The notes under the pieces are model-generated. The model did no database searches. It saw only the letters and a program-made list of their open reading frames with translations, and had not been told where the DNA came from. A stretch of 64,000 nt of DNA. It comes from Macrostomum lignano. Its lineage: Eukaryota. The stretch's first letter is position 1, and each line of letters begins with the position of its first letter. The position numbers were made by a program, and so were the translations under genes. The stretch lies in assembly GCA_002269645.1 (NCBI GenBank), contig NIVC01000350.1, forward strand, positions 310,001-374,000, in the 5' to 3' direction. Shown piece by piece: positions 1 through 13,554 of this stretch.

Positions 1-225
<225 letters not shown>

Positions 226-661
226 CAATTACATATACGTAATTGCTTACTTATAGTAACATAAACCGCCTAGTGCAGTATGCGGTAATTTAGACAAACT
301 ATATCCTTTTCCACACAAACATGATTGTATAATTGAACGCAAGGGACAAAAAGGTCTAAGTTCGATTTCCAAGTTGCATTAAAGTTAAGACATTACATAA
401 TTTTTTATGCAGATATTATTTCCCACATTGTCTATGGCAAACAAACTGGTGACAGAAAATATTGAAGCGAATTGCACTTTTAAAATAGACAGAAAGTTGC
501 TCGCTAACTGGTCTTGGCTATAGACTAAATGACTAGCGTACAGAAAAGTAAAAAATGTTTTTGAGCAAGCTAAAGAGAAAGGCACTGCTGCATGGTTGCT
601 ATTGAATCTGTTATTCCGCCAAGATAGAGAATTCACTGACAGAAGCGAAGACAGACACAAA

Positions 662-2585
662 ATGGTTCTGCTAATCCGAGGCAAGCCCGTGTCCTCCGAA
701 ATCCTGTCCAACCCTGAGCAGGTGTACATGCTAATCAGTTCAAACATGGCCTTAGTCACCGCTGCCAACCAGCTCAAGAGCATGGCCGTGAAGAGGTTCA
801 CGGGCCAGCAGGACGGCTTGTTGTACCTTCACCAGCGCGAGATGGCTGTCGTGAGCTCCTGTGATCCCTGCGTCAGAACTCTGGGCAGCGATGGAGCCAC
901 CAGCTGCCTTGTCCTCGTGCTCAGGCGCATCTCAAATGGCGACACCTGCATGCTGAAATATGACGGCTGCGGAGCTGGCGCCTTCATCAAGGTAAGCCGC
1001 ATCTGCTATTTGCTGTCTGCATCAAGACTCACTAGACTATAATTTCTCTTCATTACTTCCTTGACCTCACTAAGACTCTCTTGACGTTCTCCCATACCTC
1101 CCCTGACACTCCCCTACCTCCCTGACACTCCCCCACCTCCCCTGACAATCCCCTACCTCCTCTGACACTCCCCTACCTCCCCTGACACTCCCCCACCTCC
1201 CCTGACTCTCCCCTACCTCCCCTACCTCCCCTGACACTCTCCTACCTCCCCTGACACTCCCCCACCTCCCCTGACTCTCCCCTACCTCCCCTGACACTCC
1301 CCACCTCCCCTGACACTCCCCACCTCCCCTGACACTCCCCCACCTCCTCTGACACTCCCCTACCTCCCCTGACACTCCCCCACCTCCCCTGACACTCCCC
1401 CACCTCCCCTGACACTCCCCCACCTCCCCTGACACTCCCCTACCTCCCCTGACACTCCCCCACCTCCCCTGACACTCCCCCACCTCTCCTGACACTCCCG
1501 TACCTCCCTGACACTGCGGCGCTCTATCCGCGACTCAACCTCCGCCCACCCGCAGACCTGCATCGAACGCATGCTTCGCCAGTCGCCGCTACAGCCGCTG
1601 AGCCGTCAAAGCCGCCTCGGACTCCAGCTGGACGCCCACCTGGTCGGCGGCTTTCAGGACCCGGCGCTGGAAACGATGCGCCTCACCGGCGACCTCTTGC
1701 TGGCGATGCAGTCCTCGCCGTTTGAGTTTCATCTGCGCACTGCCTGCGTGGCTCACGTCAACAGCCGCGTCATTGACGACACGGCCTACCCCATCATCCA
1801 GGTGGGGATCAAAGGGATCAATTTGGCGTAGTTGTTTCCGTTTTTTAACCTCCGTCACGGTCATTTCCGGTTCTTCATTGACCTCCGTCACAGCCAAATC
1901 TGGTTCTTCATTGACTTCCGTCACGGACATTTTCGGTTCTTTATTGACCTCCGTCACAGCCATTTCCGGTTCTTCATTGACCTCCGTCACAGCCGTTTCC
2001 GGTTCTTCATTGACCTCCGTCACAGCCATTTCTGGTTCTTCATTGACTTCCGTCGCAGCCAGTTCCGGTCACGCGCCGTCCTCCAATTAATTATTCCAGG
2101 GCGTCGCCTTCTGCGTGCGCCGAGCTCGCCTGACACCGGCCGAGTTCGAGGACCGCGGGCCCTGGGCGGCCCTGCGCGGCGCCCGCTTCCTGAGCAGCCA
2201 GTCGGGCCCGGCCTGCGTGTACGACTCGGGCCTGCCGCAGCGCCTCGTCATCGAGCCGTTCTCCTACCGGCAGCCGCAGGCGGGCGGGCTGTCGCTGGAC
2301 TTTCTGATCAGCATGCCAGACGACAAGCTGGTGAAGTTCTTCAGCCCCTGCCCGGCCCAGGAGCGCCCATCCGCCTACACCAAGCAGCTGCGCGACACTC
2401 TGCGCTTCGTGCGCGACCATCGGCTGCCTTTGGGCGAAGTTTTCGGCCGCGGCAGCATCGAGGAGATCCTGCGGCCCTGGCAGCAGCCGCAGCTTCAACA
2501 ACAGCAACAGCAGCAGCAGCAGCAGCAGCAAGCCGGACCTGTCGTGGCGGCCATCGAGCTGCCGAAAGAGGCAATCGCCAGTTGA
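662..2585 (+). CDS. NTAN1: Protein N-terminal asparagine amidohydrolase (N-degron pathway), 3 exons, about 353 aa
   Basis: Exons 662-991, 1556-1801 and 2100-2585 join in phase 0 via GT-AG introns. Motifs LLYLHQREMAV, LGSDGATSC, HLVGGFQD, YPIIQ|GVAF and EFEDRGP match recalled NTAN1 motifs (LLYVQQRELAV, LGSDDATTC, HLVGGFSD, SFQDRGP). C-terminal polyQ. Confidence 0.9.
1090..1512. repeat. About 20-bp C-rich minisatellite (CCCCTGACACTCCCCCACCT) in NTAN1 intron 1
   Basis: About 20 tandem units filling most of intron 992-1555. Confidence 0.93.
1848..2068. repeat. 33-bp minisatellite in NTAN1 intron 2
   Basis: ACCTCCGTCACAGCCATTTCCGGTTCTTCATTG, about 6.5 copies; gives the 11-aa periodic spurious ORF. 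Confidence 0.92.
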
Positions 2586-3039
2586 GCTCTCTTCAATGAT
2601 CAAATTTATTATCAGAACACGATGAAAAACTCACGACAAACTTCTTTTTGTAGTTGCCCGACGGTTGATCTTTGTTTCTTTTGCAACGAGTTTTTCTTAG
2701 TAATTTCGCTTTAGAAATTTTTGCACAGGTAATTGTCACCCTGAACACAGGTATCTTCTCTGAGGGAGAGATGAGTTGCACTGCTTCAAGCTCTGCTGGT
2801 TGATTCTTTAAAAATACTTGACAGTAATAATTACACAGTTTGCAATACGGCTCTATGATCAGAACTGTTTTCTGTTTTCACATTTATCAACTGGCCTCAT
2901 TTATCAGCATTCCCTGTGAGCTTTGGGATCAAAGCTTCCTCTTGACAGATGGCATTTCAGTAACTTCCCGTAATCCAGGGCCTAACTTACCTCCTCCTTT
3001 GATGTTGGGCCTACCAGAAATAGTCAGTTGGGCCATGGC

Positions 3040-3417
3040 ATCTCAGCAACTCCCCCGTGAGACTGAGACTGAGCATCTCAGCAACTCTCCCGTGAGACTG
3101 AGCATCTCAGCAACTCTTCCGTGAGACTGAGCATCTCAGCAACTCTCCCGTGAGACTGAGCATCTCAGCAACTCTCCCGTGAGACTGAGCATCTCAGCAA
3201 CTCTCCCGTGAGACTGAGCATCTCAGCAACTCCCCCGTGAGACTGAGCATCTCAGCAACTCCCCCGTGAGACTGAGCATCTCAGCAACTCCCCCCGACCA
3301 TGAGACTGAGCATCTCAGCAACTCCCCCCGACCATGAGACTGAGCATCTCAGCAACTCCCCCCGACCATGAGACTGAGCATCTCAGCAACTCAGCCCGTG
3401 AGACTGAGCATCTCAGC
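3040..3417. repeat. 29-33-bp minisatellite (GAGACTGAGCATCTCAGCAACTCTCCCGT)
   Basis: About 12 tandem units; core CATCTCAGCAA(C/T)TC is shared with the array at 25010-26010. Confidence 0.92.
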
Positions 3418-4084
3418 TTTGTCTATGGGAAGGTAGAGACATTGAGAATTCAGCGCTTCCAATCTTACCTATGCATTTTTACAGAGGTAAAAATCGTTCT
3501 CTAATGAGATTCAATTAAACGATTATCACGAGTGTAGCGTTCTAGTTTGTACTTTAGTCGATCATGAACTGACATGCTAAGGGATACTAGGCTGAAACTA
3601 GGCTGAATGGGAGAACTTATTAGATTTTCCAACGCGAGTCGTTATTTTTGCTATCAACTGATCGGTTGGGGATCTATTCGAGCGAGTGAGCTCTGCCAGA
3701 AATACGGAAGAGGGGAGAGATGAATAGATTAACTATGATGCAAGGCGTGCGTGCAGCACACACGAGTTCGATATCCTTTCTTCTTTCTCTTGCTGGACTC
3801 TTAGATTGGGATGGGTTCAAAGTTTCCCGGAAAATAACTTTTCTGGAAAAATTACGAGACTAAACACAGCATTCAAGCTTTTATTCTGCGCTCGTAAGCT
3901 CACTTCTAAAAGAAGTAGTCTTAGTATACAGTAGTTATAGTCCAACCAAGTGCAATACGCTGAAATACGGAATAATAGAGCTGCACTGGGATCGCGAGGG
4001 TAGGAAATGAGAAAAGCTGCAACAGTATACAAGCGTAGTTTAGATCTGAAGTGGAAAGGGAGAAAAAATTTGGTTACATCAAGG

Positions 4085-4905
4085 TAGATCGGGATTAGTT
4101 TTGGACTAGATCGGGATTAGATTAGGATTAGAGTTAGATTAGAGTGGGATTAGATCAGGATTAGATCAGGATTAGATCAGGATTAGATCGGATTAGACTG
4201 TAATTAGATCTAAATTAGATCATATTAGATTGGGATTAGATTAGGATTAGAGTTAGATTAGAGTTGGATTAGATCAGGATTAGATCAGGATTAGATCAGG
4301 ATTAGATCAGGATTAGATCGGATTAGACTGTAATTAGATACAGGGACTACTCAAACACCGGGACGGGAAACTAAAATTTTTTACGAGGCTGGCTGGCAAT
4401 TATTTGCATTAGAGAGATGCTGTGTTACTTTGTTGTCTATGGTTATTTTCTGCTGCTGAAAAAAAACCAGCCTCGTAAAAAATTCCCAGTCTCCCGTCCC
4501 GGTGTTTGAGTAGTCCCTGATTAGATATAAATTAAATCATATTAGATTGGGATTAGATTAGGATTAGAGTTAGATTAGAGTTGGATTAGATCAGGATTAG
4601 ATCGGGATTAGATCGGATTAGACTGTAATTAGATCTGGATTAGATGATATTAGATTGGGATTAGATTAGGATTAAAGTTAGATTAGAGTTGGATTAGATC
4701 AGGATTAGATCGGGATTAGATCGGATTAGACTGTAATTAGATCTAGATCTAGATTGGGATTAGATTGGGATTATATCGGAATATACTGGGATTTGATTGG
4801 AATTAGATTGGGATTAGATTGGGATTAGATTGGGATTAGATTGGGATTAGATTGGGATTAGATTGGGATTAGAGTTGGATTAGATCGGGATTAGATCGGG
4901 ATTAG
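4085..4905. repeat. GATTA(GA)-based degenerate satellite with higher-order blocks, interrupted by a MITE
   Basis: Recurrent ATTAGA/GGATTAGATC units; a block of roughly 110 bp recurs several times. Confidence 0.88.
4341..4519. mobile_element. hAT-type MITE (179 bp)
   Basis: 28-bp perfect TIR CAGGGACTACTCAAACACCGGGACGGGA, about 52 bp imperfect. 8-bp TSD ATTAGATA at 4333-4340 and 4520-4527. CAGGG ends plus an 8-bp TSD are typical of hAT. Confidence 0.9.
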
Positions 4906-5599
4906 GAGAGAGACTAGAAAAGGTGCCTAGACAAAGAGTTTAAAGATTAGTATCATAGCAGAATTACAAAACAAAGAGTCTAAAGCCAGAACGGACAATT
5001 TTTTAATCTCCCCTTATCGAAGGGAAGAAGAACACAAGGAAAAGATGTGCATGAGTGGGGGTAGTAGCTCAGATACGTATTTAATAAATATTCGACTTGC
5101 AGGTAAATGCAAATAATTTACAAAGCCAATCAGATAATTTTGGTGTAAGAGGGGGTTGAAATATTTGCTTGTTAAAACAGTTGACAACCGCGACAGCTCA
5201 TGCGACAGACGCAAACAATGAAAAATATAAACTCGCAGACAAGAGAACAAAAGAGCTTCAAAGGCGGACGAACTCAGGCAGACAGGCGAATGGCAGCACA
5301 GAAAAGTATAGCAAAAATTCAGCGTGAAATATTGAAGCAGATTAACAAAAAATATCATTTCTAACATGGCTTGCAGCAGTTGTGTTATTCTTAATCCGGA
5401 AACAGAGAACATTTATATTGTGTCTGCTTCTCGTATTCAAGGCAAGAAGAACGAAAAAATGAATTTGAAGAAATCAAATACAAATTGCTTGCATGCTGAA
5501 ATTCTACTGGCAGATTGAATTAATTGCTTCAGGGTCCGGCGGAAGTGATGGGGCTGTGTCAGGAGGGTCAGTGGGTGCTATAGTTGATCTATGTTTCAG

Positions 5600-6102
5600 T
5601 GGGATCACTATCTGTGTCAATAGGATCGCTATCTGTGTCAGTAGGATCGCTATCTGTGTCAGTAGGATCGCTATCTGTGTCAGTAGGATCGCCATCTGTG
5701 TCAGTAGGATCGCTATCTGTGTCAGTAGGATCGCTATCTGTGTCAGTAGGATCGCTATCTGTGTCAGTAGGATCGCTATCTGTGTCAATAGGATCGCTAT
5801 CTGTGTCAGTAGGATCGCTATCTGTGTCAATAGGATCGCTATCTGTGTCAGTAGGATCGCTATCTGTGTCAGTAGGATCGCTATCTGTGTCAATAGGATC
5901 GCTATCTGTGTCAGTAGGATCGCTATCTGTGTCAATAGGATCGCTATCTGTGTCAGTAGGATCACTAGCTGTCAGTAGGATCACTATCTGTGTCAGTAGG
6001 ATCACTATCTATCAGTAGGATCACTATCTGTGTCAGTAGGATCACTATCTGTGTCAGTAGGATCACTATCTGTGTCAGTAGGATCAGTATCTGTGTCAGT
6101 AG
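5600..6102. repeat. 21-bp minisatellite (TCTGTGTCAGTAGGATCGCTA)
   Basis: About 23 tandem units; 7-aa periodic ORFs in four frames. Confidence 0.95.
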
Positions 6103-6382
6103 GAGCTAGAATAGTTATATCTGTCCATAGGAAATACATCCGGGAAATGTATTTCCCGCTTAAGGATTATAAAGTCTGTTTCTGTGTCAGGTAGACTTGC
6201 CGCTGTGTCAGTGGACCCTAAGACCATTTTCTCATATCCGCAGGCAGCACAGCAGCGTTTTGAAATCAAACAGAATGGCATGCAGTAGACGCGAGCTCGA
6301 TTCAGTTACAGTTGGAGGGCACAGTCCGACAAATAAAGATGGCAAGGAGAAATTGCCAGACCGAGACACCACCGCAAACTGC

Positions 6383-7264
6383 TCAGTCGCTTATGCCAGC
6401 TGCAACTGAGACTGTGGCGTTCTCAAGCACCGGCTGCTGATGCTGCTGCGGCTGACGGCCGCCCTTGTCTTTGAGCTGCGCCTTCCGAACTGGAAAATTG
6501 GCGGGCCGAGTGCAGCACCTCTGACCTGCCTCTATGTGTGTTTATCTGCCTCTCTGTGTGTTTATCTGCCTCTCTGTGTGTTTATCTGCCTCTCTGTGTG
6601 TTTATATGCCTCCCTGTGTTTTATCTGCCTGTCTGTGTGTTTACCCGCCTCTCTGTGTGTTTATCTGCCTCTCTGTGTGTTTATCTGCCCCTCTGTGTGT
6701 TTATCTGCCCCTCTGTGTGTTTATAAGCCTCTCTGTGTTTATCTGCCTCTCTGTGTGCTTATCTGCCTCTCTGTGTGTTTGTATGCCTCTCTGTGTGTTT
6801 GTCTGCCTCTCTGTGTTTGTCTGCCTCTCTGTGTGTTTGTCTGCCTCTCTGTGTGTTTATCTGCCTCTCTGTGTGTTTATCTGCCTCTCTGTGTTTGTCT
6901 GCCTCTCTGTGTGTTTATCTGCCTCTCTGTGTGTTTATCTCCTCTCTGTGTGTTTATCTGCCTCTCTGTGTGTTTGTCTGCCTCTCTGTGTTTATCTGCC
7001 TCTCTGTGTGTTTATCTGCCTCTCTGTGTTTATCTGCCTCTCTGTGTGTTTATCTGCCTCTGTGTGTTTATCTGCCTCTCTGTGTGTTTATCTGCCTCTC
7101 TGTGTGTTTATCTGCCTCTCTGTGTTTATCTGCCTCTCTGTGTGTTTGTCTGCCTCTCTGTGTTTATCTGCCTCTCTGTGTTTATCTGCCTCTCTGTGTG
7201 TTTGTCTGCCTCTCTATGTGTTTATCTGCCCCTCTGTGTGTTTATCTGCCTCTCTGTGTGTTTA

Positions 7265-7348
<84 letters not shown>

Positions 7349-7817
7349 TTTATCTGTTGACACCCCTCTCAGCCACAATGAGCCGCAAGCCTCGCTCACC
7401 CAGATCATCGATGTGGTCAGACATGGACAGCGTGACGCCAACCAGGATGACGCACATGGCCAGCAGCACGAAGGCCACCGCCATGACCACTCTGGCGATC
7501 CGCTTCTGCTTGGCCGTCGGCGGGCTGTCCTCGGAGTCGATCACCACTGTTGGCGGGTCCGGCGTCAGCAGTTCGTCGCCATCGGACCCATCGCCCAGCT
7601 TGCCGCTGCTGCCGCCATTCAGCAGCTCCAGCGGCGAGATGGGCGCGAGCTCGACTCCCAGGCTGAGTCTGGTCTCCCGGTCCGTGTTGTGCGACGTTGC
7701 CGCGTTTCCGTCGCCACTGCCGCCGCCGCCGCCTTTGGTTTTGGACTGCATCGGCTCTGTCTCTGTTGAGCTGTGCGCGAGAAGAGCAGGATGGGATTGT
7801 CTGGTTGAGTCTGCCAA
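6383..7817 (-). CDS. Uncharacterised single-pass membrane protein (long N-terminal low-complexity region, one TM helix, SDHIDDLVRK motif)
   Basis: Exon 7400-7817 (acceptor CAG at 7818-7820; first ATG at 7751) joins exon 6383-6489 via a phase-1 GT-AG intron, giving ...RIARVVMAVAFVLLAMCVILVGVTLSMSDHIDDL|VRKAQLK...AAGISD*. Strong GC3 codon bias. Confidence 0.72.
6525..7352. repeat. 18-20-bp minisatellite (TCTGCCTCTCTGTGTGTTTA) followed by (CT)n, filling intron 6490-7399
   Basis: Directly visible tandem units. Confidence 0.95.
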
Positions 7818-8749
7818 CTGTGGGTCTGCTTAAATACAGTCTGACAAGCTGAGCCAGTGAGTGACGGACAGCAGTGCTCAGTTTGGAAATGGGCTTAGAG
7901 AAAGCGTTGAGAAATTATTGGAGGGAGAAGGCGGAAAGAAGGGAGGCTGCAATCAGCAGATTGGCTGGTGCTGCTGCTTCTAGGGGAGACCCCCTCTCTC
8001 TCCGCCCTGAGCGAATGATCCTCATTATGAGCCCGTTCCCCAGCGATCGCATTCTTGCATGGCTGCGCTATACGCTGCGCTTCCTTAGCCCTGTAGCTGA
8101 AAATTCCGTCACAGAAGTGTGAAACCGGCCAGACAGGGCGGGATCGATGCGAGCTTTAGTGGTGGGTGGCGATGGGGCAGAACTTTCTGTCTCTCCCTGT
8201 GTCGCTTGGTTCCGCTCGGTTCCAGGCAGTGCTGTGTGAGCGCGTGTTGTTTTAAGACAGCCAGAGCTTCCTCCTCAGGCGACCCCGCGGCTGAGCGGAT
8301 TTAGAGCAGGGCTGAGTGGATAATGCCTGCCGTATCTGCCGCCTGCCAGCTAGGCGGGAGCTGATCTTGGTCATGGAGATCTGGAACTATCCCCCCCTCC
8401 ACGGAGCTTTAGATGTCCTTGTCTGGGCATTATATTCGTATTAACGCTCAGGCTCTCAGTGTAGCCAACCTGCTGTATGCAAATTTATTGGCCGGAGAGA
8501 ATGAGGCAACGGGGGCAGTCGGACATTTTATGATCCGCAGGGCCCCGGGCCGGGTCAAGAGAGCTCCTCGATTCGAGGAATTCTCTTCGGTTAGCCATGG
8601 CAATGAAACAAAATCAATCTCTGTCCTCCCGCCGGATAGAGCAGCTGCGTGCCGCTGGCTGGGCTGGGGGGAGAGAAAAGCACAACAGGCTGATCGCAAT
8701 CTCCACTTCAATACTCTGTCCAGATTGAAATCTCGCAAAGGTGGGGCAG

Positions 8750-9435
8750 TATAGGATAGGATATTGTAGAATAGGATAGGGTAGGATAGGACAGTATAGA
8801 ATAGGATGGCATAGGATTGGATATTGTAGAATAGGATAGGATAGGATAGGATAGGGTAGGATAGGATATGATAAGATAGAATAGGAAAGGATAGGATAGG
8901 ATAGGACAGGATAGGGTAGGATAGGATATGATAAGATAGAATAGGATAGGATAGGATAGGGTAGGATAGGATATGATAAGATAGAATAGGAAAGGATAGG
9001 ATAGGATAGGATAGGATAGGATAGGATAGGATAGGATATGACAGGATAGGATAGGGTGGGATAGGATAGGATATTGTAGAATAGGACAGGATAGGATAGG
9101 ATAGGATATTGTAGAATAGGACAGGATAGGATAGGATAGGATATTGTAGAATAGGATAGGATAGGATATTGTAGAATAGGACAGGATAGGATAGGATAGG
9201 ATATTGTAGAATAGGATAGGATAGGATAGGACAGGATAGGATAGGATAGGATATTGTAGAATAGGATAGGATAGGATATGACAGGATAGGACAGGATAGG
9301 ATAGGACAGGATAGGATAGGATATGACAGGATAGGACAGGATAGGATAGGACAGGATAGGATAGGATAGGACAGGATAGGATAGGATGGGATGGGATAGG
9401 ATATTGTAAAAATAGGAAGGATAGGATAGGATAAG
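8750..9435. repeat. (ATAGG)n pentanucleotide satellite with variants
   Basis: Directly visible. Confidence 0.95.
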
Positions 9436-10014
9436 TAGGACAGCCCGCAGATATGCGCTAAAAATGCAAAAGCAATTTTGCCAGCAGAAAAATCTAATTC
9501 CCCCTAGAAGCAGGAAAAAATGAGGCAAGTGTCAGACAGGCATCGGCCGGATCGCGAGCGGCTCGAAGGTGCAGCAGAGAGGCGGCGCCGTTCGGGTCTC
9601 CGAGGATTTCGGGAGCATGAGAGCTGAAGGAGTAACCAGAGCTGGGCTCTTGCCTAAGGCACTAATTCTCCTTTCGCGTGTCATTTCATTTTTGCCGCTC
9701 CTACAAAGAAGCGCCGAAGGCTGTAAAAGGCGGAGCAGCAGCAGCAGCCGCCAGGTCCTTAGAGACTCCTGCGGCATCATCATTTTCCGGGTAAGTGAAA
9801 AAATCCCAGTCAGAAGGAACGGCGCCAGCAAAAATAGCACGGACGGAAGGAAGTCTCTGCAGAAGACTCGATTGAAGAGAGCGAGATAGAGAGACTCCGG
9901 CTCCTTTCTGCAGGCAAGAATTAATGCCAGCCACCGGAGTGCAAGATGGCTGCTAAAGAAAGATTTCAGTGTATGTACGGAGGCTCGCGTGGATACTCTC
10001 TACATCGTAGGTCA

Positions 10015-11875
10015 ATCCATTCTATCCATATTCCTTAATCAGTAGGCTACAGTCATAGATTAGCAATCCATTCTATTCCTTAATCCGTAGGCTACAGTCA
10101 TAGATTAGCAATCCATTCTATTCCTTAATCAGTAGGCTACAGTCATAGATTAGCAATCCATTCTATTCCTTAATCCGTAGGCTATAGTCATAGATTAGCA
10201 ATCCATTCTATTCCTTAATCAGTAGGCTACTGTCACAGATTAGCAATCCATTCTATTCCTTAATCCGTAGGCTACAGTCACAGATTAGCAATCCATTCTA
10301 TTCCTTAATCCATAGGCTATAGTCACAGATTAGCAATCCATTCTATTCCTTAATCCGTAGGCTGTAGTCACAGATTAGCAATCCATTCTATTCCTTAATC
10401 CGTAGGCTATAGTCACAGATTAGCAATCCATTCTATTCCTTAATCCGTAGGCTATAGTCACAGATTAGCAATCCATTCTATTCCTTAATCTGTAGGCTGT
10501 AGTCACAGATTAGCAATCCATTCTATTCCTTAATCTGTAGGCTGTAGTCACAGATTAGCAATCCATTCTATTCCTTAATCCGTAGGCTATAGTCACAGAT
10601 TAGCAATCCATTCTATTCCTTAATCCGCAGGCTATAGTCACAGATTAGCAATCCATTCTATTCCTTAATCCGTAGGTTATAGTCACAGATTAGCAATCCA
10701 TTCTATTCCTTAATCCGTAGGCTGTAGTCACAGATTAGCAATCCATTCTATTCCTTAATCCGTAGGCTATAGTCACAGATTAGCAATCCATTCTATTCCT
10801 TAATCCGTAGGCTATAGTCACAGATTAGCAATCCATTCTATTCCTTAATCTGTAGGCTGTAGTCACAGATTAGCAATCCATTCTATTCCTTAATCCGTAG
10901 GCTATAGTCACAGATTAGCAATCCATTCTATTCCTTAATCCGCAGGCTATAGTCACAGATTAGCAATCCATTCTATTCCTTAATCCGTAGGCTGTAGTCA
11001 CAGATTAGCAATCCATTCTATTCCTTAATCTGTAGGCTATAGTCACAGATTAGCAATCCATTCTATTCCTTAATCTGTAGGCTGTAGTCACAGATTAGCA
11101 ATCCATTCTATTCCTTAATCCGTAGGCTATAGTCACAGATTAGCAATCCATTCTATTCCTTAATCCGTAGGCTATAGTCACAGATTAGCAATCCATTCTA
11201 TTCCTTAATCAGTAGGCTACAGTCATAGATTAGCAATCCATTCTATTCCTTAATCCGTAGGCTACAGTCACAGATTAGCAATCCATTCTATTCCTTAATC
11301 CATAGGCTATAGTCACAGATTAGCAATCCATTCTATTCCTTAATCCGTAGGCTGTAGTCACAGATTAGCAATCCATTCTATTCCTTAATCCGTAGGCTAT
11401 AGTCACAGATTAGCAATCCATTCTATTCCTTAATCTGTAGGCTGTAGTCACAGATTAGCAATCCATTCTATTCCTTAATCCGTAGGCTATAGTCACAGAT
11501 TAGCAATCCATTCTATTCCTTAATCCATAGGCTATAGTCACAGATTAGCAATCCATTCTATTCCTTAATCCATAGGTTATAGTCACAGATTAGCAATCCA
11601 TTCTATTCCTTAATCCGTAGGCTATAGTCACAGATTAGCAATCCATTCTATTCCTTAATCCGTAGGCTATAGTCACAGATTAGCAATCCATTCTATTCCT
11701 TAATCCATAGGTTATAGTCACAGATTAGCAATCCATTCTATTCCTTAATCCGTAGGCTATAGTCACAGATTAGCAATCCATTCTATTCCTTAATCCGTAG
11801 GTTATAGTCACAGATTAGCAATCCATTCTATTCCTTAATCTGTAGGCTATAGTCTAGGTTAGCAATCCAGGCTAT
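10015..11875 (+). repeat. 45-bp tandem satellite array A
   Basis: GATTAGCAATCCATTCTATTCCTTAATCCGTAGGCTATAGTCACA, about 41 copies. Confidence 0.97.
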
Positions 11876-12315
11876 TCCTAGTTTGGCTTGACATTCCATC
11901 TTGACAAAATCAAGTTGTTAAGACGCTGCCCTGTGGAGGCTGAGGCGGTGGAGTCAACAATCCCTGACTTATTTCATCCCATGCACCCCAGCGCCCCGGG
12001 GATGAATAATTAGTGCCGCATTGACTGCTGGATTTCGCATTCCAGATTAATTAAGTTAGGATTGGGGAACCCATCAAATTGCGGCGCAGAGCCCATGTGA
12101 CAGGTTTATTGCGTTCATGGAGACTTCTCTGAGCTGCACAGGAGCCGCGTCAGAAACTCGCGTGGTTGCCGGCTTTTTGAGCTGAGTTCGAAATTTAATT
12201 TCCAGGCGAGTTTGTTTGACATGGAGGGACTGGAGAGCTGGAGTGATGCTGATAAATGATGAAGCTCTTGCGGGCATGCTGCTCAGGACACTGGCTGCCC
12301 TCAAGTGCCTCAAGC

Positions 12316-12982
<667 letters not shown>

Positions 12983-13554
12983 GATTGGACATAGCGGTGA
13001 CCGCTCACTACTATAGTAGGATCGCGTGCTTCAAATCTCAAGAAGATTTTTTCCGGCCAAAAGAGAGAAAACTCTTCGCTGGTTGAAGTCGAGCTTGGGA
13101 CATAAATCATTATCGTTCGTGTGGCTTGCATAATGCTAAATTAATTATACGATAGCTTAAAATCCCACGAGACGGAGAATATCCCATCTGAATTCCACTC
13201 CACGCAGCACTTTTCTCCCTTGTCTTTCTTCTACCGCTGTCTTCTCTCGGTAGCAGAGAGAACACAGGTTGCTTTGCCGGTTGACCCTTCTGAGGAGTTC
13301 CGCATTTCAATCCTTGCTTGGGCCTGGATGAAGCGGCTAATTAATAATTCATGAGCGACATAAAGCGGCACATGAAAACTTATTTTCTTTGGCATAAGCA
13401 TACTCAACTCTGCTTGAAATGCCTGCTTGCCCGAGAGCGGATCTTCAGGGCAAAAATGGATTTTTTGTACTTTGGGCAGGTCTTCTGTGAGCGCTGGGTG
13501 ATGATTGCGGTAAATGGATTGTTACTTCACAGCTCGCGGATGTTGGAGTACAGT

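Noticed and set aside
5589-6005. Acidic DSDPTDT repeat protein
   Set aside because: 21-bp minisatellite open in several frames on both strands, with no flanking coding signal.
9530-9950. GC-rich patch with several short ORFs
   Set aside because: No consistent codon bias, motif or phase-compatible exon partner; may be UTR or regulatory DNA.
10015-11875. Possible CRISPR array
   Set aside because: Units are directly adjacent with no unique spacers; eukaryotic context and no cas genes. The same applies to all other arrays in the window.
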